This document shows positions 22,288 through 33,900 of a stretch of 64,000 nucleotides of DNA, piece after piece. How positions within the stretch are numbered: the stretch's first letter is position 1; every line of letters begins with the position of its first letter. The notes under the pieces were generated by a model. That model was not told the DNA's origin. It did no database searches and was given only the letters and a program-made list of their open reading frames with translations. The stretch comes from Guillardia theta CCMP2712 (lineage: Eukaryota > Protista > Cryptophyta). The DNA is taken from assembly GCF_000315625.1 (NCBI RefSeq), contig NW_005434451.1:1-64000 (forward strand), given 5' to 3'. Position numbers and translations under genes: made by a program.

Positions 22288-24073
22288 ATGGTGAAGGAGA
22301 AGCGCAAGGCAAAGGGGAGGAGGAGGAACGAGGAAGAGGAAGAGGAAGAGGAAGAGGACGAATGGTATGAAAGAAGACGGAGACAGCGAGCAAGACGATC
22401 GAGGAAGCGATCATTGGAGGACGAGGTCGAGGACGAGGACGAGGAGAAAGGGCGGGTCAGAGGGGAGTCAAGGACCTCCGGGAAGGAAAGGGGAATTTCG
22501 CCCTCTCCCACCAGAGCGCGATGTCGGACGAGGAAGGAGTCAACCCTGCGAGCTCGTTGCGTCCTCTTCATCATCAACGCAATATCGATCGTTACCTCAT
22601 CCCTGATGCTGTTTGCGGGAGCGTCGGCTGCTTCGAAAGTTCCGACGACCTCGTCGACTGCCATTCAGCCTCCCTTTTCTGCTGTCATCGCCGTCAGCTC
22701 CATCACCCTGCTCAACTCTTTCTTCGGCTTGTCCGGTGCTTGCTGTGCCATCTCACGGGACGGGGACTGGCGAGTGAGCTGCTGCAGCAACCGGCTCCTG
22801 ATGGCCTACTATGTCATTGTCCTGCTCATGTGCTCGGGGCTATTCTATCTCATGCTCCTCTGCTTCCTCTTCGCTGCCAAAGCTGCAGACTTCATCGAGG
22901 CCTACTGGGTCTCTTGGTCGGAGCTCTTTCCGCAGGGTCAACTGAGTCAGGAGCAAGTGCACAGAGATGTGGGAAAGTACGCGAACCTTGCTGGCTCCCT
23001 CTGCCTCTTCACCATGCTGATCAACATCCTCTCCGCGCACCTCAGCGCCATAGTGATGGGCTATCGCTACACCACCCGCAAGAGCATCATGATCATCAAC
23101 CTCGTCGGCTTCGTCGTGGGTTGACCAGTAAGTGTCGACAAGTGAACGAGCTGACGGAGGTGCAGGGCTTGTCATGATTATCCTCGCCTTCTTACCTGCC
23201 ACTCGAGGTGAGCACGCGATGACCTTCAAGGCCGCGCCCGTGACGACATGGTAACAGACGTCGGAGTGCAGAAGGGATGGCTGCCTGAGCTCATTGGTGG
23301 GCACGGGCTAACTGCGTGAGGGCCAAGCTGACTTGCTCTGAGCAGGCTCTATCGGGGTCATGGTGATTTTCTTTGCCATCTTCGGCTTTACTGCAGCATA
23401 CTACACATGGGCAGTGAGCTTGACACGGAGAAGGAGACGGGTTGTAAGGGGGTTCATGACAGGCTTTCTTGCTCATAAACGGGGTGTTGGAACTGTTCTT
23501 CGCTGCTCTTCTACTCTCCATGGCGATCGTTTGCTTCATAGATTCCAAACGATCAGGCAGTGTACTTGCTGGGCAGTGGTCTTTCATCCAAGAAAAGTGA
23601 GCAAGATAGTTTTACCAAGAAGCGATCTGACAGCTTGCCAGGTTGATCAATGTCTGCCCATCATGCGCTGGAGAAGTCAACCAGGAGATGAAGTTGCCAT
23701 GCCACGAAAAGTTGCTTCGTACTCACGCACATGCAGGCAGAACTGCTGCAGCAAGCAGGCGTCTCTTGTCATTTGGAGAAACCTTACGGTAACTGTAACC
23801 GAAGATGTAGCCCGAAGACGCAGCTCACTGGACATGCAGGTTCTGGGCGTGAGCGCATCAACGTGCGTGATGTTGATGTGCATGAATGGGGCAAGCAGGT
23901 AACGAATAGGACATCTTTGCACTTGTTTGACTTGATGCAGTCTCAATCTGTGGAGGATTCTACGACGAGATCGTATGCTTGCTCTCTCGGAAGAGGAGGA
24001 AAGTTCCCTCAATCGAAACCTCCATCAACAATCCAAGAAGCTCCATGTAAACAATAGATCATCAAATGTGTAA
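22288..24073 (+). CDS. Polytopic membrane protein with two tandem tetraspanin-like modules
   Basis: Module 1: VLFIINAISIV / TM2 ending FFGLSGACC / RLLMAYYVIVLL / TM4. Module 2: IMIINLVGFVVG / FAIFGFTAA / FLLINGVLELFF / Cys-rich loop (CPSC, NCC) / TM4. Charged N-terminal tail. Confidence 0.6.
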
Positions 24074-24177
24074 CATAGCTGGCCGAGTAAGATCGAAGCT
24101 TTTCATTGGTCACTTTCTGAATGAATGAATGGAATGCTGCAAAGATCTCCTTCTCGCAGCTGAGTGTCCTATCGGAC

Positions 24178-25314
24178 TTAGAAGAGACCGTTGCCCTTGG
24201 CAGCCTTCTCGTTTCCGTGAACGTTGGTGGCACCTAAAAGACGGTCAGGGAGGTGAGATGGAGCAACAAGGCAAGGGCATACCAGCGTTGAGGTCGCTGT
24301 CGTATGCCCATCCCTTCTGCCAGGACTTGTGGAAGGTCATCTTGGACTCCATGTCGACACGCCTGCGGACAAGTAAGAGGGCGCTATCTCGCATCATGAG
24401 GGTCTATCGCACTTGGCCATGTCGAGGAACTTGGGGTCATCCCTCTTGAGGGTGACGGACTGAACCTTGACGAGCATCTCATCGTTGTAGTCGTTGGAGG
24501 GAGCGCCAGTGTACTCCTTGTTCTGGTGCTCAGCGCAGCCACGGTGATCGAAGATGGTGATCTGCATTCTGTCAGCCGAGCAGTCGCACCCGTGCTCAAA
24601 CTTACCACAGGGGCAGCGTTCTTGTTGACCTGGTCGGTGGTGCACTTCTTCGCAGCGTTGTCGCAAGCAGCAGAGGCAGCACCAGCGTTGGCGAGGGCAA
24701 GACCAGCAGCAGCAGCAGTCTTGAGCACGTCACGGCGGTCGATGGCCATGTTCATCTGGACATTCGACTGGCGGAGAGCAGGGGCCTGAGAGCGGGAGTG
24801 AGATAAGACTATTGAACATGTGGAAACAAATCAAATGCTGTTCACATCAACATCCCACAAGTCAACAGCAATATCAAAAAATTATATCAATTCTAGAATG
24901 ACCAATTGTTATATGGTCAAATGCATGGCAGAGTGGACTCCCAACTGATTATAAAACTAGAAGACTGTCGTTTTGGTCAATTAGATAATTGGAATTTTCA
25001 TAGATTAGATGAGATCCAATGGGAGACAATCAATGAATATGGTAAGACATGGGATGAGAAGAATCACAATCCACTGTGAATTCAAAGACAGTCATGGCCT
25101 AAGCACGAAGTATTGCCGGATCTCAATTTTTCGTCAAAATCAGTAATGATGATTGAAGTATTTTTCTAGTTCTCATGCCATTTCAACCATGTTAGCTTAT
25201 CTTGTTTGACAGATCAAATTAATCACATCAATCCTGCTCATTTTTGACCTGCATGGGGGTGAAGGCGGCGGCTCCTGCAATGGCGGCAGCGGCAACAGCG
25301 AACTTTGCGAGCAT
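24178..25314 (-). CDS. cpeA: Cryptophyte phycoerythrin alpha subunit, unusually long form, 5 exons (25314-25249, 24785-24606, 24561-24413, 24362-24283, 24233-24178)
   Basis: Signal peptide AAA|F, transit peptide and twin-Arg lumen signal (DRRDVLK...AASA). Core APVITIFDHRGC...KEYTG..SND.NDEMLVKV. Confidence 0.95.
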
Positions 25315-25330
25315 GGCGGCGGCGGTTCCT

Positions 25331-25343
25331 AACCTGACAGGTT
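25331..25343. promoter_or_regulatory. Palindrome AACCTGACAGGTT just upstream of the cpeA ATG
   Basis: The same ACCTGWCAGGT palindrome lies upstream of the second cpeA (61786-61796). Function inferred. Confidence 0.45.
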
Positions 25344-27332
25344 TCCCCGACCTTAATGGCTTTCCCACCCTTCCACCACCCCTACCCCCATTGTATATTA
25401 CCCCACCCACGTCAGATAATCTACCTATTTAATTGACCCGTTTGACAAATACCCCTACCCCAGATCTCAGCGGTATTTTCCTGTTCTCCTTGAGCATATT
25501 GCACACCCCACCCCACATTCATGTCGATTGAAATACACCCGTGCTTGGTTTTTGGACCCCTACCCACCTTTAATTGGATGATTCTGGGGTACCCAGGTCG
25601 AATACCCCTCTATTTCCCTCGACCCCCAACGATACCACCCCCACCCCTTGATCCGTGGAAGCAACTATACAAAGTACCCCACCCTCTAGAGTTCTGCAGA
25701 CCCCAGGTTTGAATAGACTCAAACACCGGTCCATGACTCTGTGAATCTCTGTTAATTATTGAAACCCGTCATTTCCTTTAGCTCAACAAGAAGGATAGGC
25801 CCGAATATTAGGCGAGCTAAAGGAATTGTTTTTTGTGGGCCCGGCGGCGGCGCGGCGGCCCGGCCGGGCCCACTGCCGCAGCCGCCCCCCGCGGCCGCGT
25901 CGTTGAACGCCGCTCACTCGGCCCGGCGGGCCGCCGTCGGAAACTGACTAGTTAGCCATGATCCGACCTGGGCCGGATGCTCGGACGCCGGGCGGCGTCA
26001 CGTGAGTCACGCCGTTTCAACACTGACACATTGAAGGTTGCTTGCCGCCATCGGCGGGGCCCGGTGACTCCGAGCCTCGGAGTCCGGGCCGGGACTCGCC
26101 TCGGGGCAGCGCTGGCACCGTGACTCTCAGCCGATGACTGGCGGCAGTGCCATCCGACGCAGCCGCAACTGGGGCCAACTTTCAACCGGCCGGGCCTGAG
26201 CCAACGGGGCCGCCCGGCCGTTACGGTCACCGTGACGTTGCCAAGTCACCGCCGCCGGGTTCCGGGTTGCCGCAGGCCGCCAACCCGGGTTCCGAGGCTG
26301 TTTCACGGTTTTACAACTTTTTTTTTAGAGAGGGTGGAAGGCTTTACGTGGGGGTAGGGGGTGGTCTGTCTTTTACAGTTGTGTAGATCAATTGAGGTAC
26401 TACTAGGGAAGAGGGGGTAGGGTACTCCTTCGGTTTTACTCATCCCCAGGGATAAACTATTTTTCAGGGAATATGTGGGGGTAGGTCTACATGAGGGTGA
26501 TGGCTGAAGTAGGGTAGGGTGGTTTTGGCAGGGGTGAATCTCAACGCTCTAGGGTGGTAGGTGGACCCTGGAGGTTCAAGCTAGATACACGGGGTAGGGG
26601 TTACTGCATCTAGAAATGTGGGGTAGCAATGCAGATTTGGAGGGGTACCAAGGTTAGAATCAGGGGTGGGGTGGTTGGATCAGGGAAGGTGCAGTGGAGA
26701 TGGCATGGCTTCGATGGATAGGGACATGCATGGTAAGAGCATGAGAGGAGGAGGGACGAGGAGAAAGAAGCAAGACATGATGGATAGACAGACAAGTAGC
26801 TTGTGGTAGGAAAGAAACGTGGAGCAGAGATGTGGGGGGGGGGGGGGCGAGAGGAGAGTAGCGAGGAGAGCAGCGAGGAGTGGCGGAAAGCGAGTCGAGG
26901 GATATGGAGAGGAAAGGTGAAGAGTATGATGAAGAAGACCGAGGGAGAAGGTTGAGGATATTTAGAGGAGACGAGACCATCAGAAGTAAAGGATGGCAAG
27001 AAGAAGGTACCGAGAGGAGATGAAGACAAGAAGAGGCAAGCATTAGAAGGCGGAGGAAGGAAAGACAAGGGGAAGCGACAGACTAATCGAGATGATTCAT
27101 ACATGATGAGATTATGGTGGCTATAATGTGTATTTGATAACAAAGTATGAAAGCGCGCAAAGAAATCTGTGATTTAGAGGAGATCAACAAAAATGTCTCC
27201 TAGAACCCGTTTCTGTTCTCTCTTCTTCCTCACTTCTGCTTCCCACCATCTTCCCGTCGTGTCATGACATCTAATTCTTGTTGCAGCTGATCTCCCTCAC
27301 TTCTGCTTTGCTCCATCCGTCGCATACTCGAA

Positions 27333-30300
27333 ATGGGCTTGAGTTGGCTGAGAAGCGTATGATGCCTGGAGGTCAATCTCTTGTAACACCTGTCTCAGCA
27401 TCTTTGAGACCCTCGGGACGTGTGAGCTTGAGACCTCAGAGGTACCTCCTCTCTCCTTTCCTCTCTCTTCTTCCGTACTTCACTCTCTTCCTCTCTCCTT
27501 TCCTCTCTCTTCTTCCGTACTCCACTCTCTTCCTCTCTCCTTTCCTCTCTCTTCTTCCGTACTCCACTCTCTTCCTCTCTCCTTTCCTCTCTCTTCTTCC
27601 GTACTCCACTCTCTTCCTCTCTCCTTTCCTCTCTCTTCTTCCGTACTCCACTCTCTTCCTCTCTCCTTTCTCCTCTCTTCTTCCGTACTTCACTCTCTTC
27701 CTCTCTCCTTTCTCCTCTCTTCTTCCGTACTTCACTCTCTTCCTCTCTCCTTTCTCCTCTCTTCTTCCGTACTCCACTCTCTTCCTCTCTCCTTTCTCCT
27801 CTCTTCTTCCGTACTTCACTCTCTTCCTTTCTCCTCCTCTTCCTTTTCTTCCACCCCCTATTGCTCCTTCTCCTGCTCCTGCTCCTGCTCCTGCTCCCTT
27901 CTCCTGCTCCTGCTCTTCCTTTCTCTACCGTGTAGTGACTGCAGCCCTGGCAGAAAGTCTGTAGAAGATGATGGGAGGCAGCAGCTTGCAAGGCTCCGGG
28001 GAGGGCGGTGTGTTAGGCAGAGGCGAGAAGAGGAGGGATGATATGGAGCAGGCACGAGGTCGAGTCCTCTAAGCAAGGGACGGGCACTCCGTTCGAGCTG
28101 TTCGTATGCGTGTTCGGAATCTACTTCTGCTACCTCTACTACGGTGTGCTGCAGGTGAGACAAGGGCTGTGAGAAGCTTGAGTGACGTGGCAACAGGAGG
28201 ATCTCATGACCTCCAAGTATGGAGCTGACGGCAAGAGTTTCAAGGAGGTGAGAGCGTCTGTGCGGCCGCACTTGACTGGCTCGCTCACTCTGCTGCCCAG
28301 GTCTGCTCCTTGCTCTTCGTGGTTGCAGTGCAATGCGCCATCGGCGCTCTCTTCTCGAGGGTCTCGTGCGGATTCTCCCCGCAGCCAGCGACCGGGTGGC
28401 AGTCCATGGAGGACTTCAAGGGCTTCAGGTTAGAGCAGCAAGATTGCCTGACGATGTTGCGAGTTGTCTCGAGCCTGACTGCAGTGGAGGCAAGTCAGTT
28501 CTGACCACCTTGACCTGGCAGTGGGCGGTTGTGGCCGATGTACATGCAAGTCGGCTTCTGCTACGTGCTGGCGATGCTCTTCAGCAATGCAGCTCTCTTC
28601 TACATCAGCTATCCCACTCAGGTGAGCTCTTCGCGTGTCAGGATTTCCCTCCCTCTCACCCCCTCCCTCTCCATCTCCTTCTTGCTACCTCCCTTTGCTG
28701 TCCCTCGCCCTCGCTTTCCTGCCTTGCCTTGTGTGGCTCCTCCGCCGTCACTGAGGTGATGTATCAGGTCATTGTCAAGTCGTGCAAGATGATTCCTGTC
28801 ATGGCCGTCAACGTCCTCTGGAGGGGAAAGTCCTACCCGCTCGCTGCTTACGTCAGAGTCCTCATGGTCACCATCGGTAAGACCCACTGGCACTTGCTCG
28901 CCTCCCCTCCCCCTCCTCTACCATCCCACCCCCTTCACTTCACCTTTCCGTCTCCCTTCCTCACATTCTGAACATTCTCCATCTTTCTCACTCCTCCTGT
29001 CTCACTCTTCTCTCTCCCTCTCCTCTCTCCTCCCCCTTAGCTCCTCCCCTCCTCTTGCGCGTCTCCTCTCCTCTGGCGCCTCCTACTCGCTCACCCTACT
29101 CGCAGGAATCATCTGCTTCACCTTCTTCAAGAAGAGCGCCAAGGCTATCAAGAGTAACTCGCTCGCCATCTAGTGAGAATTTCTGATATGTTTCCTCCCG
29201 CAGCCGCTCAGACATCAGCCGTCGGGCTCGCTCTCGCCCTTTTGTCTCTGGTGATGGACGGGTGAGAATTGAGAGCGAGCGAGCGAGCGAGCAAGAGGGA
29301 GGGAGAGGGAGGGAACGGAAAGGAGGGAGGGAGGAAGGGGGAGGGAGGGAGTGAGGGAGAGGGAGGGAGGGAGGGAGGGAGGGAGAGGATCTTGAAGTTG
29401 ACCTATGCTTCAGGTTCGTCAGTCCAACTCAGGAGGAGATCTTCTCCAAGTATTTCTCCTCCACTCACCAGGCAAACATCGTCCTTGCTCCTGTCGTTCA
29501 GCATGGCCATTCTTGGCTCACTCTGCTCCTTAGATGATGTACTACACCAACTTGTGGGCGATGGTTCTCCTCCTCCTCACGATGCTCGTGACGGGTGACG
29601 GGTCAAGTAGGAGCCTGTGAAACTTTCACTCCCTTCCTCTCACTAGTCTTGCTCACAGAAGCTGTAAAATACGTGGTGCAGCATCCGCAGGTAAGATGCG
29701 TCTCCGCACTAGATGAGCGGGGAGGAAGAAGGGGGAGGGGGATGAAGAGAGGGAGAGGAGAAGAGTAGTTCTCTTGTGAAGGTTTCCTGCAGGTGTTGAG
29801 CAAGATCATTCAGTTCGGCCTCATGTCGGCGACTGGGCAGGTTAGTCATAGGAGCAGGAGGGGAAAGAGAAGGCTGGCAGACTTACCCGCTACTTCCTCC
29901 CTCTTCGTCTCCCATTCCTGTCACCTTGTACCTCTCTTCTCTCGCCTTATACTCTTCTCTCCTCTGCTCTCTTCCTCGTCTCGTCTTTCGCTTCCCCTCT
30001 CCCCCTCTCCCTCTCTTCCTTCTTCTCTTCTTCTCTCCCTCTCTTTTTCTCCCCTCCTCTTCTTCTCCCCCTCTCTTCTTCTCTCCCTCTTCAGTTCTTC
30101 ATCTTCTTTCTCGTCCGCTCGTTCTCAGCCCTCACCCTCGTCACCGTCACGACAACTCGCAAGTTCTTCACGGTCAGTCCCTTGTCAAACTGCAGTCGCT
30201 GCCTAAACCCAAACTAAACCCTTCTGAACTAAACCTTTCATAAGGTATTGGCCTCCGTCTTCTGGTTCAAACACAAGCTGGAGGTGAGAACGGCCGGAGA

Positions 30301-30741
30301 ACTTTGACATGCTGAGAAATTTCTTCCTAGCTGGGCCAGTGGCTCTCAGTCGCTGTGGTGTTTGCGGGGCTCGGGTGGGAGGAGGCGAACAAGTACATGT
30401 AAGAGCCTCCCGTCCCCTCCCTCCCCCTCACCTTCTCCCCAGCCAGAAGCAGCGAGCTCGTCTGGCCGCGCAAGCTCCACCCCCAGCCCCACCCCAGGAG
30501 AGCCTGCCCAACAGCACGGCAGCTGAGGAGCAGCCGGCGGCAGAGGCGGCACAGAGCGCAGAGGTAGGAGAGGAGACGGCGGGTCACACATCTCAACTCT
30601 CAGCAGGGTGTCGAGGCGCGAGAGGAGGCAGCAGGGCAGGAGGAGGAAGCAAAGACTTCAGGTGGGCGAGAGGCGGGGTGCTCTCGAGCTGACAGTGGAG
30701 CAGATGGAGCGAAGAGCGAGGAAGGAGCAGAAGCGAGCTGA
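27333..30741 (+). CDS. SLC35B1: SLC35B1/UTr1/HUT1-type nucleotide-sugar (UAA family) transporter; 5' end uncertain
   Basis: Exons give CVFGIYFCYLYYGVLQE, AMLFSNAALFYISYPTQVIVKSCKMIPVM, LSLVMDG, MMYYTNLW, GQFFIF, VTTTRKFFTVLASV. Confidence 0.88.
27449..27835. repeat. 42-bp CT-rich minisatellite, ~9 copies, probably intronic
   Basis: 14-codon periodicity visible in the ORF track (LSPFLSLLPYSTLF); follows a GT donor at ~27442. Confidence 0.9.
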
Positions 30742-30980
30742 GAAGAGGACGAGGAGGAGATTACATGATGATTTTAACAAACCATGGTTATCAAAGTTAG
30801 GAGTACAGCCCGAGCAAGCAACACTAGAGCTCGGGGACATCGAGATTGAAACTGAAAAACATAAGAGAAGAGGAAAAGAGGAGAGATGGAGAGAGCAGGA
30901 GAAAGATAGTGAGTGAGTCAGTGAAGCGATTAGGAAACAAGAGACGACGACGAGTCGCAGCAGGAGAAGCGCAAGCAGTT

Positions 30981-33900
30981 TTAGATCTGCAAGTCTTCGA
31001 CCTTCTCGATCATGAGGATGGTCTTAAGGCGCTTGAGGTCGTTCCTGTCCTTCATCGCAGCCTTGTGAAGCTCCTCCTTCTCCATCTTGATCTCCTCCAG
31101 CTGCTGCTCAAGGCTCTCGATCCCAGCCTGATCCCTCAGCTTCATCCCAGCTGACGCGCTTCTTACCTGCAGCTCCAGCTCGTTCTTTGCGGTGTAGACT
31201 TCGCACAGCTGGGAGCGGGCGGCGTCGATGAGGTTCCATTGGTGCCACGTCACATTCTGCATCTCCTTGACCTCTCGATGCATCAGGTCCAGCTGGATCT
31301 TGCTCTGCTCCACCTCGCACACGGCCTGATGTCGCTCCAGCACCGCTGCGTCTCGCTCGGCGATCACTTGGTCAAGCGATCGCGCCAGCTCCTCCTTCTT
31401 CGCCATGCACTCCGACAGCTCGTGCTCGCACGCGTGCAGGCGGCACGAGAGGTTCTCCCGCGCGTCCACCAGTTCCGCGTTGGTCTTGGCGAAGGCCTCG
31501 AGGTCGCCCTTGCACTTGTCAACCTCCGCCTTGAGCTCCTGCATGCTCAGCTCTGACCGCTGCCTCATCCTCTCCATCTCTTCCTTGGTCTCCGCGTGCG
31601 ACTTCACCTCCTCCCTCAGCTTTCCCCCCAGCTGCTGGATCTCTCCGCTCGCGTCTGCCAGCTTTGCCTCGAGCGTGTGCTTGACCTTCATCATCGCCTC
31701 GAGCTTCTTCTTCGTCTCCTCACCGGCCCTCTGCGTCTCGTCCTTGGAGTGCTTCGTCGCCTCCAGCTCGCGTTTTAGCGTCACGATCTCTGCCGTCACC
31801 GTCTCCAGCTGCTTGCCAAGGCTCACCCGCGACTGCTTCAGGGTCGCGATGCTCCTCCTCGCGTCGTTGAGCGCGTTGTCTCTCAGCTCGCAGGCGCGGA
31901 GGGCGGAGGAGAGCTGGGAAGCAGCCTTCATCCGGTCCATCTGGATCTTGCGGATCTTCTTCTTCATCCTGAGGATCTCGAGCTTCGTGTTGTTCTCGCT
32001 CTCCTGCCTCACTTGCTCTACCTTCAGCCCCAGCATCTTCGCCTCCTCCTCCTTGGCTTTGCTCCTCCCCTCCGCCGACGTCACTCTCTCCTGCAGGCTA
32101 TGCACCTCGTCCTCGAGCCCCTTCACCTGCGTCACCAGATGCTCCTTCGCTCCCGCCACCATCGCCAGCTGCTGGTTCAGCTCGTCGCAAGTGGTCGTCG
32201 AGGACTCGAACTTCTTTTCCACTCGCTTCCCATCTGCTCAGCCTTGTCCAGCTCGGAGAGCAGCGTCTGCCGCACCTGGTTCAGCTCGTTCTGCACGTCC
32301 ATGCGCGATGATCGCTCCTTTGCCACCTCCTGCTTCAGTGCCGCTGCCTTCTGCTCCGCTCCCCTCAGCTGACTCTTCAGCTGATCGGCCTGCAGCCGGG
32401 TGGCGTTGAGCTTTGAGTTGAGGGTGGAGGAGAGGGCCTGCAGGGTCTTGAGCTTCTTCTCCACCTCTGCCGTCTCCTTCTTCGCCTCCCCATAGCGATC
32501 ATCCGTCGCCCTCAGCTTCTCCTGCAGGCTCTCGATCTCCCTCCTCGCCACCTCCGACTGCTCCTGCAGCCCCTTCTTCACCTCCTCCACCGTCCGCACG
32601 TGCCGCGTCAGCTTCGAGATCTCCTCCTCCAGCCCCTTTGCCTTGACCTGCGACTCCTTGGCATCGTCCATCGCCTTCGTCCGGCCCTTCTCCGATTTCT
32701 CCAGCTGCTGCTTCAGCTCGTTGGCCTTGAGGTCTGCGCTCTCGCTCCTCGCCTTGAGCTCCGTCTTCTCCTCCTCCAGCACCTTCACCTTGTGCTGCAG
32801 CGCCGCCTGCGTCTTCTGGTGCTCCTGGATGCTCGTCTGCGCCTTGTTCAGCAGGCTTGCCGCCTCGCTGTAGTCCAGCTCGAGTTTCTTCAGCTGGGCG
32901 CTCAAGTTGGCGGAGTTGCTGAGTGAGGCCTGGAGCTGCCCCTCCACCTCCCTCATCTTCTCAAGCGCCTCATCATCCTTGACCCGCATCCTCTTCAGCT
33001 CTGCCACCTCGTGCTCGAGCGAGACTTTCCTCTCCTCCTCCACCCTCGCATTGTCTCGCAGCTGCTCCATCTCCCTCCTCGCCTCCGACAGCTGCAGCGG
33101 CTCATCATGACAGCAGGAAGCAGAGCAGGAGCGTTACCTCGTCCTTCATCATCTTGATCGACTCCTGCAGGGCGTCCACCTGCCGCACGGAAGTGACGAC
33201 GGGAAGGGAAGGCGAGAAGGAGAGGAGAGGAGAGGATGTGGAAGGGAGAACGAGGAGGTAGGGGGGAGGGGGGGGGGGGCGGTAACAGGAAACAGGAAAG
33301 AAACAAGGCGAATAGAGGAGGAGGAGGAGATGGTGGCAGTAGTGGCGGAAGAGAGGGCACAGGGGGAGGATGGCAAGATAGAAGAAGGAGGGGGCGGAAG
33401 GGAGCTAGAGGAGGCGAGGGAACAGGAGGGCGTACTTCTTTCTGCTTGCGGATTCCCAGCTGCTCGAGCTCTTCGATTCTTGACATCAGCTTTGACCTCT
33501 CCTTGTCAAACTGCTGGGCTGCAGCTGAGGCTTTCGTCTGCTGCTCCGCTGCAGCCGCCAGTCGCAACTTGTAGCCCTTCGCCTGCTTCTCGAGCGCCTC
33601 GATCTTAGCTGGAGAGCGACCGTAAGAACGGAGTAGGTGCGGGCAAGCGGAAGTTGGGCGAGAGGGGGGATCAAGGAAAACATGGAGTGAAGGAAGAGGA
33701 AGAGGAAGAGGAAGAGGAAGAGGAAGAGGAAGAAAGAGGGTCAAGAGAAGGGAGAGGAAGAGGAAGAAGGGTCAAGAGAAGGGAGAGGAAGAGGAAGAAG
33801 GGTCAAGAGAAGGGAGAGGAAGAGGAAGAGAGGAGAGTGGGAGGGAGGTCGAGAAGGAAACAGGACTGACCTGCGGCCACAGCAACTTTCCTCTCCAGGT

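Noticed and set aside
27278-27991. Long repetitive ORFs on both strands
   Set aside because: Artefacts of a stop-free 42-bp minisatellite, probably intronic.
31405-32409. 334-aa Ser-rich plus-strand ORF
   Set aside because: Antisense shadow of the coiled-coil gene.
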